The notes under the pieces were generated by a model. The model did not search any database. It was not told the origin of the DNA and was given only the letters and a program-made list of their open reading frames with translations. Position numbers and translations under genes: made by a program. Below, in pieces: positions 1 through 9,071 of a stretch of DNA of 49,084 nt. The stretch is from Eubacteriales bacterium (GTDB lineage: Bacteria > Bacillota > Clostridia > Oscillospirales > SIG627), in contig JAZSDQ010000045.1 of the NCBI GenBank assembly GCA_045531235.1, forward strand, positions 1 through 49,084. The letters are read 5' to 3'. Each line of letters begins with the position of its first letter. The first letter of the stretch is position 1.

Positions 1-880
1 TGCAGATCTTGCCAACCTTCTCAACGAAGCGGCTCTTCTAGCCGCACGCAAAGGCAAAAAGCTGATTGGAAACACTGATCTTGAGGAAGCTACCATCAAG
101 GTGATTGTCGGTCCTCAGAAAAAGAGCAAGATCGTAACGAAAAAAGACCGCAAATTAACTGCTTATCACGAAGCGGGACACGCCATAGTTACACATCTTC
201 TTCCTACCCAAGACAAGGTGCACCAGATTTCCGTAATTCCCTCAGGACGAGCAGGCGGCTACACCCTTTCCCTTCCCAGTGAAGAAAAGAGCTATCGCTC
301 CAAAATTGAAATGGAAGAAGAGATCGTATCTCTCCTGGGCGGAAGAGTCGCTGAAAAGCTGATTTTAAACGATATCTCTACCGGTGCCTCCAATGATATT
401 CAAAGAGCAACCGAAATTGCCAGAAATATGATCACAAAATACGGTATGAGTGATAAGCTCGGCCCCGTTGTATACGGCAGTGGCGGAGGGGAAGTATTTC
501 TCGGCAGAGATTTCAGCAATACCCCCAACTACTCCGAAAAAATTGCGGCTATGATTGATGAAGAAACTCTTGCCATCGTAAATGCCGCTTTTGCAAAAGC
601 AGAAAAGCTTTTGACAGAAAATATGGAAAAGCTTCATTTTATAGCAGACTTCCTGATGGAATATGAAATCATGGATGAAGAGCAGTTCGCCGCATCTATG
701 GAAGAAGGCGCAACCAAAGAAAAGATTCTTGAGATCAAAGAATCCAAGATTCAAAAAAGCATTGACGAAAACGCTAAAAAACGCGAGGACGATGCAAAAA
801 AGGCAGCAGAGCTTGCTGAAAAATTAGCAAAAGAAGCTGCTACTGCGGCCGAAAATGAAGAAAAAAATAAAACTCTTTAA
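1..880 (+). CDS. ftsH: ATP-dependent zinc metalloprotease FtsH, 3' part (truncated by window start)
   Basis: Open frame from nt 2 (ADLANLLNEAALLAARK); TAYHEAGH zinc motif; LLGGRVAE and ISTGASNDI motifs of the M41 protease domain. Confidence 0.97.
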   Translation, partial: ADLANLLNEAALLAARKGKKLIGNTDLEEATIKVIVGPQKKSKIVTKKDRKLTAYHEAGHAIVTHLLPTQDKVHQISVIPSGRAGGYTLSLPSEEKSYRSKIEMEEEIVSLLGGRVAEKLILNDISTGASNDIQRATEIARNMITKYGMSDKLGPVVYGSGGGEVFLGRDFSNTPNYSEKIAAMIDEETLAIVNAAFAKAEKLLTENMEKLHFIADFLMEYEIMDEEQFAASMEEGATKEKILEIKESKIQKSIDENAKKREDDAKKAAELAEKLAKEAATAAENEEKNKTL

Positions 881-912
881 GGAAGGAACGCTTTAGCTTT
901 TCAAGTACTACT

Positions 913-1875
913 ATGAAAATTACTGTTATCGGTTGTGGTCGTTGGGGATCTTTTATCGGTTGGTATCTTGATCAGATCGGTCACGAAACCTCTTTTTACG
1001 GACCGGAAGACACTCCTCACATGCAGCAGTATCTCAAAACACGTACCAACGGCATGGTAACCCTTAGGGAATCCATTGGCCTGATCTGCGATTTGAAGAA
1101 AGCCCTTGAGGCAGAAACCATTGTTATTTCCGTGCCTTCCCAGGCTCTTCGCGGTCTTTTGGGAGAGATCATTGAAACCGGCATTGATATCAAAAAAAAG
1201 ACCTTTATCCTTTGCATGAAGGGCATTGAAATTGAAACCGGAAAGCGTCTTACGGAAGTTGTAGAAGAAATCCTCGGTGAAGATATCAATCTTGCCGTAT
1301 GGGTTGGTCCCGGCCACCCTCAGGAATTTTTAAAAGGTGTTCCCAACTGCATGGTCATTGACAGCAAGAAAAAAGCCGTCAAAGTAAAACTGATTGGTGA
1401 ATTCAAAGGCTCTTTGATTCGTTTTTACTACGGCAGTGACCTGATTGGAAACGAAATCGGCGCAGCGGCGAAAAACGTCATCGGCATTGCCGCCGGCGTG
1501 CTTGACGGCATCGGGAAAAGCAGTCTGAAAGGAGCTTTGATGTCAAGAGGTACCAAAGAAGTTTCCGAGCTGATTGCTGCCTGCGGTGGTAATCCCCTTT
1601 CCGCATACGGACTGTGTCACCTCGGTGACTATGAAGCCACCGTGTTTTCTCAGCACAGTCACAACCGCATGTTCGGCGAGATGTTTGCCAAAGGTGAACA
1701 TTTTGAAGCGCTTGCAGAAGGATATTACACAGCAAAAGCTATGAAAAATCTATCCGAAAAAAAAGGCGTAGAGCTTCCCATCTGCAATTCGGTTTATGAA
1801 ATGCTTTATGAAAACAAATCCGTTGACGATCTGATAAATGATCTTTTCACCCGTTCCCTGAAGAATGAATTCTAA
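913..1875 (+). CDS. gpsA: NAD(P)H-dependent glycerol-3-phosphate dehydrogenase
   Basis: N-terminal GxGxWG; CMKGIE; GPGHP; AAKNVIGIAAG with the catalytic Lys; LGD..AT..S.HSHNR; EGYYT. Confidence 0.93.
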   Translation: MKITVIGCGRWGSFIGWYLDQIGHETSFYGPEDTPHMQQYLKTRTNGMVTLRESIGLICDLKKALEAETIVISVPSQALRGLLGEIIETGIDIKKKTFILCMKGIEIETGKRLTEVVEEILGEDINLAVWVGPGHPQEFLKGVPNCMVIDSKKKAVKVKLIGEFKGSLIRFYYGSDLIGNEIGAAAKNVIGIAAGVLDGIGKSSLKGALMSRGTKEVSELIAACGGNPLSAYGLCHLGDYEATVFSQHSHNRMFGEMFAKGEHFEALAEGYYTAKAMKNLSEKKGVELPICNSVYEMLYENKSVDDLINDLFTRSLKNEF

Positions 1876-1892
1876 TAAAAACAAATAACATA

Positions 1893-1924
1893 AAAAAGCC
1901 TTTCGGCAAACCGAAAGGCTTTTT
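1893..1924. terminator. Bidirectional intrinsic terminator
   Basis: AAAAAGCCTTTCGG-CAAA-CCGAAAGGCTTTTT between convergent genes. Confidence 0.9.
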
Positions 1925-1935
1925 ATTTTTTAAAT

Positions 1936-3570
1936 TTACTGCTTTGTTTCTACGGTAATAGTTTCACCGTTTAAGATCCCCGTGCATGCATACATTAACT
2001 GTTTCACGTAATCACGGTTAATATAGAATTCCCCGCTGCCATTCATGGTGTAATAGGCTTTTCTTGCAGTCATTCCAAAGAATTCATAGTTAAAGGTTTT
2101 CCCGTCGCGCAAGGTGATCTTCATCGTAAGGATCTTGCTCGCTGCCTCAGGCTTTTGAGCATAGCCGTCAAGGGTCGTATAAAGAATTGCTTTATACAGC
2201 TGGCGGAAGTTATCCGTAACAACCTTAACGCCGTTGGAAGATGTAATCTTCAAATCTTGCCCTTCACCCTGAAGAGTAAACTTCGCACTGGTATTTTCAT
2301 ACGAAAATTCAATGGAACCGACCTTATCAATAGCAACGATAAAGGAATGGTTATCCATAAAGGTGATACGATCCCACTCTACCCAAGGAAGGGTATCGGC
2401 ATCAAACTCTACAATACAGTCGAATCCGGGAGAGTAAACATAGTAGACATATTTTTTCTCACCATTTTCATCCGCTTCATTTTGCACTTCAAGCTTTTGG
2501 CTGATATACAGAGTGGAATCAAAATTCTGCTCCTCGTATTTGTAGAACAGTTCATAGACCCATTTGTTTTCAAGATCAACGAGGCTGTATTTGCGGAAAA
2601 TTTCAAATGCCTCTTCTCTCTTTGCAGGATCTTCCAAGAGAGAGGAAAGATTAAATTCCACAACAGTGGAACCGGAAAAATCAGAAAAAGTTTCAAGGAA
2701 GCTCTGAAGCTTTTCCTCAGCGGGATAGTATCCTGCGGGAACGGTAAAGGCGTGAGTGAACACATCGCCCAAAGATTCCTTTTCGTCTTCGCTGAGAGAA
2801 TGGAACGAAATAAATGTTTCTCCTCTCTTTTTAATGGAAAGCTCGCTGATATTCATATAATCTCCACCGGGAACCGCAAGAGCTACGTCAGGGAGAAAAT
2901 AATCTTTCACATCACAGAAAAGGCAACGGGTAATATAAGTATCGTTAAGAGTATAGAGCGCCTCCGTACCGTCTACCATAACGTAATAAGCATTTCCGGC
3001 AACAGTACGATTGCCAAAGCGAACGGTCTTTGTAATATTTGCCCCGTCTTTTTGATAAGTCAGTTCAACGACAGATTTTCCTCCGTCATCAAAGCCATAG
3101 GCGCTAAGGTTGTCTTTGTTATAACCGATCACTTCTTCCGTTGCACGCATATTGCCCAGAAGAAGGGTCAAGGACTGTGTCATAGAAACGGACGAGAGAA
3201 CGTCATTCATATTTTCAGAAGTATTATCCATCCATGCGCCAGAAGCGTCGTAGAGCATACTTTCCGCGCCTTCAAAATAGAATGCATCATCTTCTCCGCG
3301 GTAGTAATAGAAACCGCCGTAAGCATTTTTGACGCGAATACTTTGGATCTGATCCTCGGTAATCTTTTCTACGATAAACGGTCTTTCTGCCTCGGGGATT
3401 TCTTCCTCGGGGCGAAGAAGGGTGTAACGCAGAACAACATACAACAAAGCTGCAAGAATAATAGCGCACCCTGCGAGAAAAATGGAACGGAGATATCGGT
3501 CATTCCAGATCATATCAAAGGAAAACTTCTTTTCCCCTTGATTTTCAGGTTTATTCTTTATTTCTTTCAT
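1936..3570 (-). CDS. DUF4340-type membrane-anchored protein of the Gld-like ABC module
   Basis: Single N-terminal TM; 'LSAYGFD...VRFGNRT..GNAYYVMVDG..LYTL' pattern; last gene of the ABC/GldG-like operon. Confidence 0.7.
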   Translation of the reverse strand: MKEIKNKPENQGEKKFSFDMIWNDRYLRSIFLAGCAIILAALLYVVLRYTLLRPEEEIPEAERPFIVEKITEDQIQSIRVKNAYGGFYYYRGEDDAFYFEGAESMLYDASGAWMDNTSENMNDVLSSVSMTQSLTLLLGNMRATEEVIGYNKDNLSAYGFDDGGKSVVELTYQKDGANITKTVRFGNRTVAGNAYYVMVDGTEALYTLNDTYITRCLFCDVKDYFLPDVALAVPGGDYMNISELSIKKRGETFISFHSLSEDEKESLGDVFTHAFTVPAGYYPAEEKLQSFLETFSDFSGSTVVEFNLSSLLEDPAKREEAFEIFRKYSLVDLENKWVYELFYKYEEQNFDSTLYISQKLEVQNEADENGEKKYVYYVYSPGFDCIVEFDADTLPWVEWDRITFMDNHSFIVAIDKVGSIEFSYENTSAKFTLQGEGQDLKITSSNGVKVVTDNFRQLYKAILYTTLDGYAQKPEAASKILTMKITLRDGKTFNYEFFGMTARKAYYTMNGSGEFYINRDYVKQLMYACTGILNGETITVETKQ

Positions 3571-3582
3571 CAGAAGCTCCGA

Positions 3583-5109
3583 TCACATATGTTTTCTCTT
3601 GATATACACAAAGGTACCAAAGGCAAAGATGATCAAGGGAATTACGGCAACGGAAATGATACCGTAGGTATAAACAGCACCCTGATCCATATCAATGGCG
3701 GTGTCCTCAAGGACCTTGTAATGAACGTCTACCGGTACATATTCATCGGACAAAAGACGGATGATATTGTTCACGATATCCGTGTTTCCGAACTGTTCGC
3801 GGAAAGCATTGGTTTCGGTAAAGTTCTGGCTACCGATAACAAGCAGGTGACTGAATGTTTCCAAATTATCAATATAAGTAGACCGAGAAGAAATGGCCAT
3901 CAAATTGAAAGGTCCATTGTGCTTTACAGTACCGTCCTGTGTGATCTCTTCTGCATAGGCATTGTCTGAGCTTGTAAGCACAGGTTCTACGACAGACGTT
4001 ACACCGTCACCGGAAAACAGAACTTTGATAGGCGCAGAACGAATCATCAAAGTACGGGGCGGATTGGAAAGATCGGTAAGACTCTTGGTGAGAGCCTTTG
4101 CAATGGATTCGGTTTTTGCATAATTGACATAGAGCATTTGGTTGTCCTGGGTATGGCAATAGATGTCGTCCATGACTACCTGATTACGGACGACCTCCAT
4201 TCCCCAAGAGGCCAAGAGTTCATCCAATACGGGAAGCGTAGGCATATCGGGAGATGCAATAACTACCATGGAGCGATATGCATTGAGGTAGTCAGAAATC
4301 TTCGTGTATTCCGTTACAACGGAATCAGATTCGGAATAAGTAAGATCCTTCTGAGGATTGCAGATAAAGAGGATCTTGGATTCATCACTGATATTATCTT
4401 TGGTAAGATCCACCGTTTCAATAGTGAAGCCGCAGTTGGTAAGAACCTCGATCAAAGCCTTGGGCTTAGATTCTCCATGGCCGGAGGTAAAGGTAACAAC
4501 AGGGCTGCGATGATCGGTGATATAAAGGATGGCAGCGTTGAATTTCATTTCGCCCTGGAAGGCCCATACGTTTTCACCGTTTTCATCATATACCAGACAG
4601 GAATCAAAGGTGAGATAACGGAATGCGCCCTTATCCTGGGTATTGCTGATCAGAATGGTATTTTGGTTGATATCATAACCGAGATCGGTATAGTAAGTAT
4701 AATTTTCGGGATGCGTGGTAATATCCTCGCGATACTCAACCTCGATCTGAGAATAGCGCTCTGCGTAGCTTTCCGCAAGAGTGACCACCCAATTCTTCAT
4801 TTCTTCTTCAATGATACGGTCGCGAGCCTGAAGAAAAGAGATCTTGATCGTCGCTTCGTGACCGTTATTTTCAGCATAAGTTTCCAATTGCTTAGTAACA
4901 AGCTCAGTGGTTTTTTCACTGATAGAGAAGATCTGATCGTCCGTTAAGTCAAAATACAGACTGTACTTGGAATCAACGGCAGATACGATAACATTCATCA
5001 AAATAACGGCAGCAATGAAAAATGCTGTAAACACCGTTGCTGCGGCGCCGTATTTAAATCTTCTCGTAGAGAAGATCTTTTTGGTTTTATTCATCTTATT
5101 CTGGTCCAT
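3583..5109 (-). CDS. GldG-family ABC transporter auxiliary component
   Basis: N-terminal TM, DLT...FSIS..T, FQGE..FNAAI, FTSGHGE, P.KDL, C-terminal TM ending in KRKHM. Confidence 0.82.
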   Translation of the reverse strand: MDQNKMNKTKKIFSTRRFKYGAAATVFTAFFIAAVILMNVIVSAVDSKYSLYFDLTDDQIFSISEKTTELVTKQLETYAENNGHEATIKISFLQARDRIIEEEMKNWVVTLAESYAERYSQIEVEYREDITTHPENYTYYTDLGYDINQNTILISNTQDKGAFRYLTFDSCLVYDENGENVWAFQGEMKFNAAILYITDHRSPVVTFTSGHGESKPKALIEVLTNCGFTIETVDLTKDNISDESKILFICNPQKDLTYSESDSVVTEYTKISDYLNAYRSMVVIASPDMPTLPVLDELLASWGMEVVRNQVVMDDIYCHTQDNQMLYVNYAKTESIAKALTKSLTDLSNPPRTLMIRSAPIKVLFSGDGVTSVVEPVLTSSDNAYAEEITQDGTVKHNGPFNLMAISSRSTYIDNLETFSHLLVIGSQNFTETNAFREQFGNTDIVNNIIRLLSDEYVPVDVHYKVLEDTAIDMDQGAVYTYGIISVAVIPLIIFAFGTFVYIKRKHM

Positions 5110-5137
5110 TTTTTATTCCTTTTCTTTCTTCGCCCAC

Positions 5138-5842
5138 TTATTCCCAACGGCGTTTTTCAAAAACGCGGATGGTAAGGAACAAGAACACCACGGTAATGGA
5201 AATGTAATAAAGGAGCGCCACTATGTCAAAGTAACCATAGGTGAACACATAAAAACGATCGAAAATGGAGATCCATTTCATAACGGCACGGAGAGGAGTA
5301 AAATCAACATAGCTTGCCAAGATGCCGATTACAAGCGTGCCTGCGATGGCAAACATAGTAACCAGCGCCGAAACAAGCTGATTTTCCGTACAAGCGGAAA
5401 TGAAAATACCAATAGCAACAAAAGCGGAACCGATGAGGAGAATGCCCAAGGTGGTAGAAAAGATAATTACGGTATTGGGTTCTCCGTAGAAATACAAAAC
5501 GATAAAATTAAAGCAAGAGGCAAGAAGCGTGCCTGCAAACATGGTAAATGCGGCAAGATACTTTGCAAAAATAACGTGGAACAAGCTAACGGGGGCAGTC
5601 AAAAGGATCTGCTCCGTTTTGCTCTTTTTTTCTTCACTGAGCATTCTCATAGTTAACAGCGGAACGAGAATGACGAAAAGATAGAGCATAAAGGTGTAGT
5701 AGCTGCTCACTTCGCAAGTGCCGGAATAAAGCACGGTATAGGTAAAAAGAAGAGAAGATGCTGCAAGGAAAAGCGCAACGTAAATATAGCCGATGGGGCT
5801 AACAAAATAGGAGCGCAATTCTTTTTTATAAATGGCAAACAT
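5138..5842 (-). CDS. ABC-2 type permease (GldF-like)
   Basis: KKELRSYFVSPIGY start; PLLTMRMLSEEKKSKTEQILLTAPV; multiple TMs; KRRWE end. Confidence 0.9.
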   Translation of the reverse strand: MFAIYKKELRSYFVSPIGYIYVALFLAASSLLFTYTVLYSGTCEVSSYYTFMLYLFVILVPLLTMRMLSEEKKSKTEQILLTAPVSLFHVIFAKYLAAFTMFAGTLLASCFNFIVLYFYGEPNTVIIFSTTLGILLIGSAFVAIGIFISACTENQLVSALVTMFAIAGTLVIGILASYVDFTPLRAVMKWISIFDRFYVFTYGYFDIVALLYYISITVVFLFLTIRVFEKRRWE

Positions 5843-6813
5843 TATTTTGCTCCTCCCTTCTTTACTGCTTTGCGGGAATTTTCCCGATCGGTGATAAGGG
5901 CGAGGAAGACGTCCTCAAGATCCATACCCATTACGTCCATACCGATAACAGGCCATCTCTTTTCTGCGAGAGCGAAGAACAGGGGCTTACGAATATCGAT
6001 ATTCTCAGCGCTTTCAATAAGATACGCCGTACTGTCGCCATCTCTCTGACCGACGATCTCTGCATAAGTTACGCCGACGGTAGACTTGATAAGCTTCAGC
6101 ACCTCGTTCTGAGGACCGCAGATATTATAGGTCATTCTCCGCTTTTCCTGAACGGCATTGGCAAGATTTTCCGTTTTTTCATCGGCAACGATTCTGCCCT
6201 TATTAATCACGACGATGCGGTCGCAAATTGCCTGAACCTCGGAAAGAATATGAGTGGAAAGAATGATCGTATGTTCCTTACCCAATTTCTTAATGAGATT
6301 ACGGATCTCAATGACCTGCTTGGGGTCAAGACCTACCGTAGGTTCATCAAAAATAAGCACGGGAGGATTTCCGATGAGAGCCTGTGCAATACCTACTCTC
6401 TGACGGTAACCCTTGGAAAGGTTACGAATCACGCGATTGAATACATCTGTGATCTTTACAACGTCGCAAATTTCCTTCAGATGCTTTTCCCGATCCAGAC
6501 GGCAATGCTTCAGATCGTATACGAAGTTGAGATATTCCTTTACCGTCATATCCAGATACAAAGGAGGAAGCTCCGGCAAAAAGCCGATCTTGCTCTTTGC
6601 TTCAATGGGGTTTTCAAAAATATCAACGCCGTCGATCTTACAAGACCCCTCTGTTGCTGACAGATAACCGGTCAAAATATTGAGGGTCGTGGATTTACCG
6701 GCTCCGTTGGGACCTAAGAATCCCATGATTTCACCTGCGTTTACGGTAAAGCTCACATGGTCTGCCGCAAGCTTGTTGCCGTAACGCTTGGTGATCCCGT
6801 TAATTTCGATCAT
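5842..6813 (-). CDS. ABC transporter ATP-binding protein (GldA-like)
   Basis: Walker A GPNGAGKST, signature LSKGYRQRV, Walker B LIFDEPT, STH; stop overlaps the permease start. Confidence 0.95.
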   Translation of the reverse strand: MIEINGITKRYGNKLAADHVSFTVNAGEIMGFLGPNGAGKSTTLNILTGYLSATEGSCKIDGVDIFENPIEAKSKIGFLPELPPLYLDMTVKEYLNFVYDLKHCRLDREKHLKEICDVVKITDVFNRVIRNLSKGYRQRVGIAQALIGNPPVLIFDEPTVGLDPKQVIEIRNLIKKLGKEHTIILSTHILSEVQAICDRIVVINKGRIVADEKTENLANAVQEKRRMTYNICGPQNEVLKLIKSTVGVTYAEIVGQRDGDSTAYLIESAENIDIRKPLFFALAEKRWPVIGMDVMGMDLEDVFLALITDRENSRKAVKKGGAK

Positions 6814-6846
6814 AATATTCTTTTAAACTTTCCTTTCAGAAAATGG

Positions 6847-8616
6847 TTAATCTTCTTTTTTGACCACTGCAATGGCAAGATCGTCCAATGCTTCCTGAGG
6901 TACTTCGGCAGGACAGTTGGTCATAAGCTCGCAAGCATTTTGCACTTTGGGGAAGGCAATGCAATCACGAATGGCGTCAAGTCCCAGAAGAAGGCTTACC
7001 AAACGGTCAAAGCCGAATGCAAGGCCTGCGTGAGGAGGCACGCCGTATCGGAAGGCTTCCAACAAGAAACCAAATTTTGCATCCGCTTCTTCTGCAGTAA
7101 GGCCGATGATCTCAAATACCTTTTGCTGAATATCGCCACGGTGAATACGAACGGAACCGCCGCCTACTTCCCAACCGTTGATGATAATATCATACGCTTT
7201 GGCGCGCACCTTTTCGGGAGCGCTGTCGAGAAGAGGAAGGTCTTCGTCCTTGGGGCAGGTAAAGGGGTGATGCATTGCTTTGTATTTTCCGCTTTCCTCA
7301 TCCTTTTCAAACATGGGAAAGTCGGTAACCCAAAGAAGGGCAAAATCATTTTTATCGTAAAAGCCGTAAGCTTCGCCGCATTTGCAACGGAGAGCGCCGA
7401 GAGCATCAAAGACTACCTGATTGTTGCCGTCGGCTACAAGAAGAAGCACGTCACCTTTTTCAAAGCCGCACTTTTCTCGGATGGCAAGATTTTCTTCTTC
7501 GGTAAGGAATTTAGCATAAGAAGAAGTGATCTCTTCCCCGCCCTTCAGCCAGGCAAGGCCCTTTGCGCGGTAGGTTTTTGCAAAATCGGTGAGCTTATCC
7601 AGTTCTTTGCGGCTCATTTTATCCGCTACGCCTTTCACATTAATGGCGCGCACGGAACCGCCTGCCTTTACGGCACCTGCGAAGACCTGGAACGCGGAAT
7701 CCTTTACAATCTCGGAAAGATCGCAGATTTTCATTTCAAAACGGATATCCGGTTTATCAGAACCGTAATTTTCCATTGCTTCTTTAAAGGGCATTCTCTT
7801 AAGGGGAAGCTGAAGATCAATATTCAAAAATTCGCGGAAGATCTTTTTCAAAAAGCCCTCGTTTACGGCGATAACATCGTCTTCATCAGCGAAAGACATT
7901 TCAAGGTCAAGCTGAGTAAATTCCGGCTGTCTGTCAGCTCTTAAATCTTCATCACGGAAACATTTTGCGATCTGCATATAGCGATCGAATCCGGAAACCA
8001 TCAAAAGCTGCTTATAAAGCTGAGGTGACTGAGGAAGTGCGTAAAAGGAGCCCGGGTGTACACGGCTGGGAACAAGATAGTCTCTTGCGCCTTCGGGAGT
8101 TGATTTGATCAGAATGGGGGTTTCAATCTCCAAAAATCCCTCAGTATCAAAATAATCTCTGGTGCTTTTTGCCAGCTGATGGCGGAAGCGGATATTCTTC
8201 TGAAGCTCGGGGTGACGGAGATTGAGATAACGGTGCTTTAAACGCATCTCTTCTCTGACGTCCATAGAATTCAGCACTTCAAAGGGAGGCGTTGCTGCTT
8301 CGGAAAGAATCTCCATACGATCTACGGCAATTTCGATCTGACCGGTGGGAAGATTGGGGTTGACTGCGCCTTCTCCGCGGGCGCGAACAACACCTTCTGC
8401 GGCCAAAACATATTCCGCGCGAACGCCGAACGCCAGATCAAAAAGCTCTTTTTCCGTATTTTCATCAAAAGCGAGCTGAATGATACCGGAACGATCGCGC
8501 AGGTCAATAAAGATCAGAGAACCCAGGTCTCTCTGCTTCTGAGCCCAACCGCAAACTTTAATTCTTTTTCCAATGTCTTTTGCCCCGAAAGAGGCACAAT
8601 AATCTGTTCTTTGCAT
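6847..8616 (-). CDS. aspS: Aspartate--tRNA ligase
   Basis: RDLG.LIFIDLRD OB fold; STPEGARDYLVPSR; ALPQSPQ; FRDEDLRADRQPEFTQ; motif 3 PPHAGLAFGFDRL. Confidence 0.98.
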   Translation of the reverse strand: MQRTDYCASFGAKDIGKRIKVCGWAQKQRDLGSLIFIDLRDRSGIIQLAFDENTEKELFDLAFGVRAEYVLAAEGVVRARGEGAVNPNLPTGQIEIAVDRMEILSEAATPPFEVLNSMDVREEMRLKHRYLNLRHPELQKNIRFRHQLAKSTRDYFDTEGFLEIETPILIKSTPEGARDYLVPSRVHPGSFYALPQSPQLYKQLLMVSGFDRYMQIAKCFRDEDLRADRQPEFTQLDLEMSFADEDDVIAVNEGFLKKIFREFLNIDLQLPLKRMPFKEAMENYGSDKPDIRFEMKICDLSEIVKDSAFQVFAGAVKAGGSVRAINVKGVADKMSRKELDKLTDFAKTYRAKGLAWLKGGEEITSSYAKFLTEEENLAIREKCGFEKGDVLLLVADGNNQVVFDALGALRCKCGEAYGFYDKNDFALLWVTDFPMFEKDEESGKYKAMHHPFTCPKDEDLPLLDSAPEKVRAKAYDIIINGWEVGGGSVRIHRGDIQQKVFEIIGLTAEEADAKFGFLLEAFRYGVPPHAGLAFGFDRLVSLLLGLDAIRDCIAFPKVQNACELMTNCPAEVPQEALDDLAIAVVKKED

Positions 8617-8645
8617 AATCTTACGTTTTCTCCGAAAAATTGTAT

Positions 8646-9041
8646 TTATCTTATGTTTTCACGCCAATCAAGGTCACCGCGGTCCAAAGCCAGAATGATG
8701 GCTTCTGCAGTTGCAAGATTGGTAGCAAGCGGGATATTATAGGTGTCGCACAGGCGGATCAAATCGGAATCCTCCCGAATAAAATCCTCTGCGCTGCCTG
8801 TGGAACGGAAGTAAAAGAGAATATCGATCTCGCCGTAAGCGATACGGGAGGTAACTTGCTGTACACCACCAACATCGCCACTTAAAAGGAGCTCGATGTC
8901 AAGTCCTGTAGCTTCGGAAATCATTCTTCCCGTAGTAGCGGTCGCACAAAGCTTATGCTTGGATAAAATGCCGCAATATGCAATACCAAGCTGTGTCAAT
9001 AATTCTTTTTTATCATCCTGAGCGATCAAAGCGATCTGCAT
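8646..9041 (-). CDS. mgsA: Methylglyoxal synthase-like protein, catalytic residues degenerate
   Basis: IALIA.D.KK, AT.TTG, SG..GG.QQ and RLCD..NIPLATN.ATAE match the MgsA scaffold; see findings for the substitutions. Confidence 0.8.
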   Translation of the reverse strand: MQIALIAQDDKKELLTQLGIAYCGILSKHKLCATATTGRMISEATGLDIELLLSGDVGGVQQVTSRIAYGEIDILFYFRSTGSAEDFIREDSDLIRLCDTYNIPLATNLATAEAIILALDRGDLDWRENIR

Positions 9042-9071
9042 GTAAAACCTCCTTTAAGCCGAAAGGTAAAA

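Noticed and set aside
2155-3969. 604-aa antisense ORF crossing two genes; the GldG-like and DUF4340-type genes are in frame across one TGA, suggesting possible read-through
   Set aside because: In-frame neighbours occur by chance one time in three. The downstream gene has its own GGAG RBS and N-terminal TM, and I see no recoding signal.
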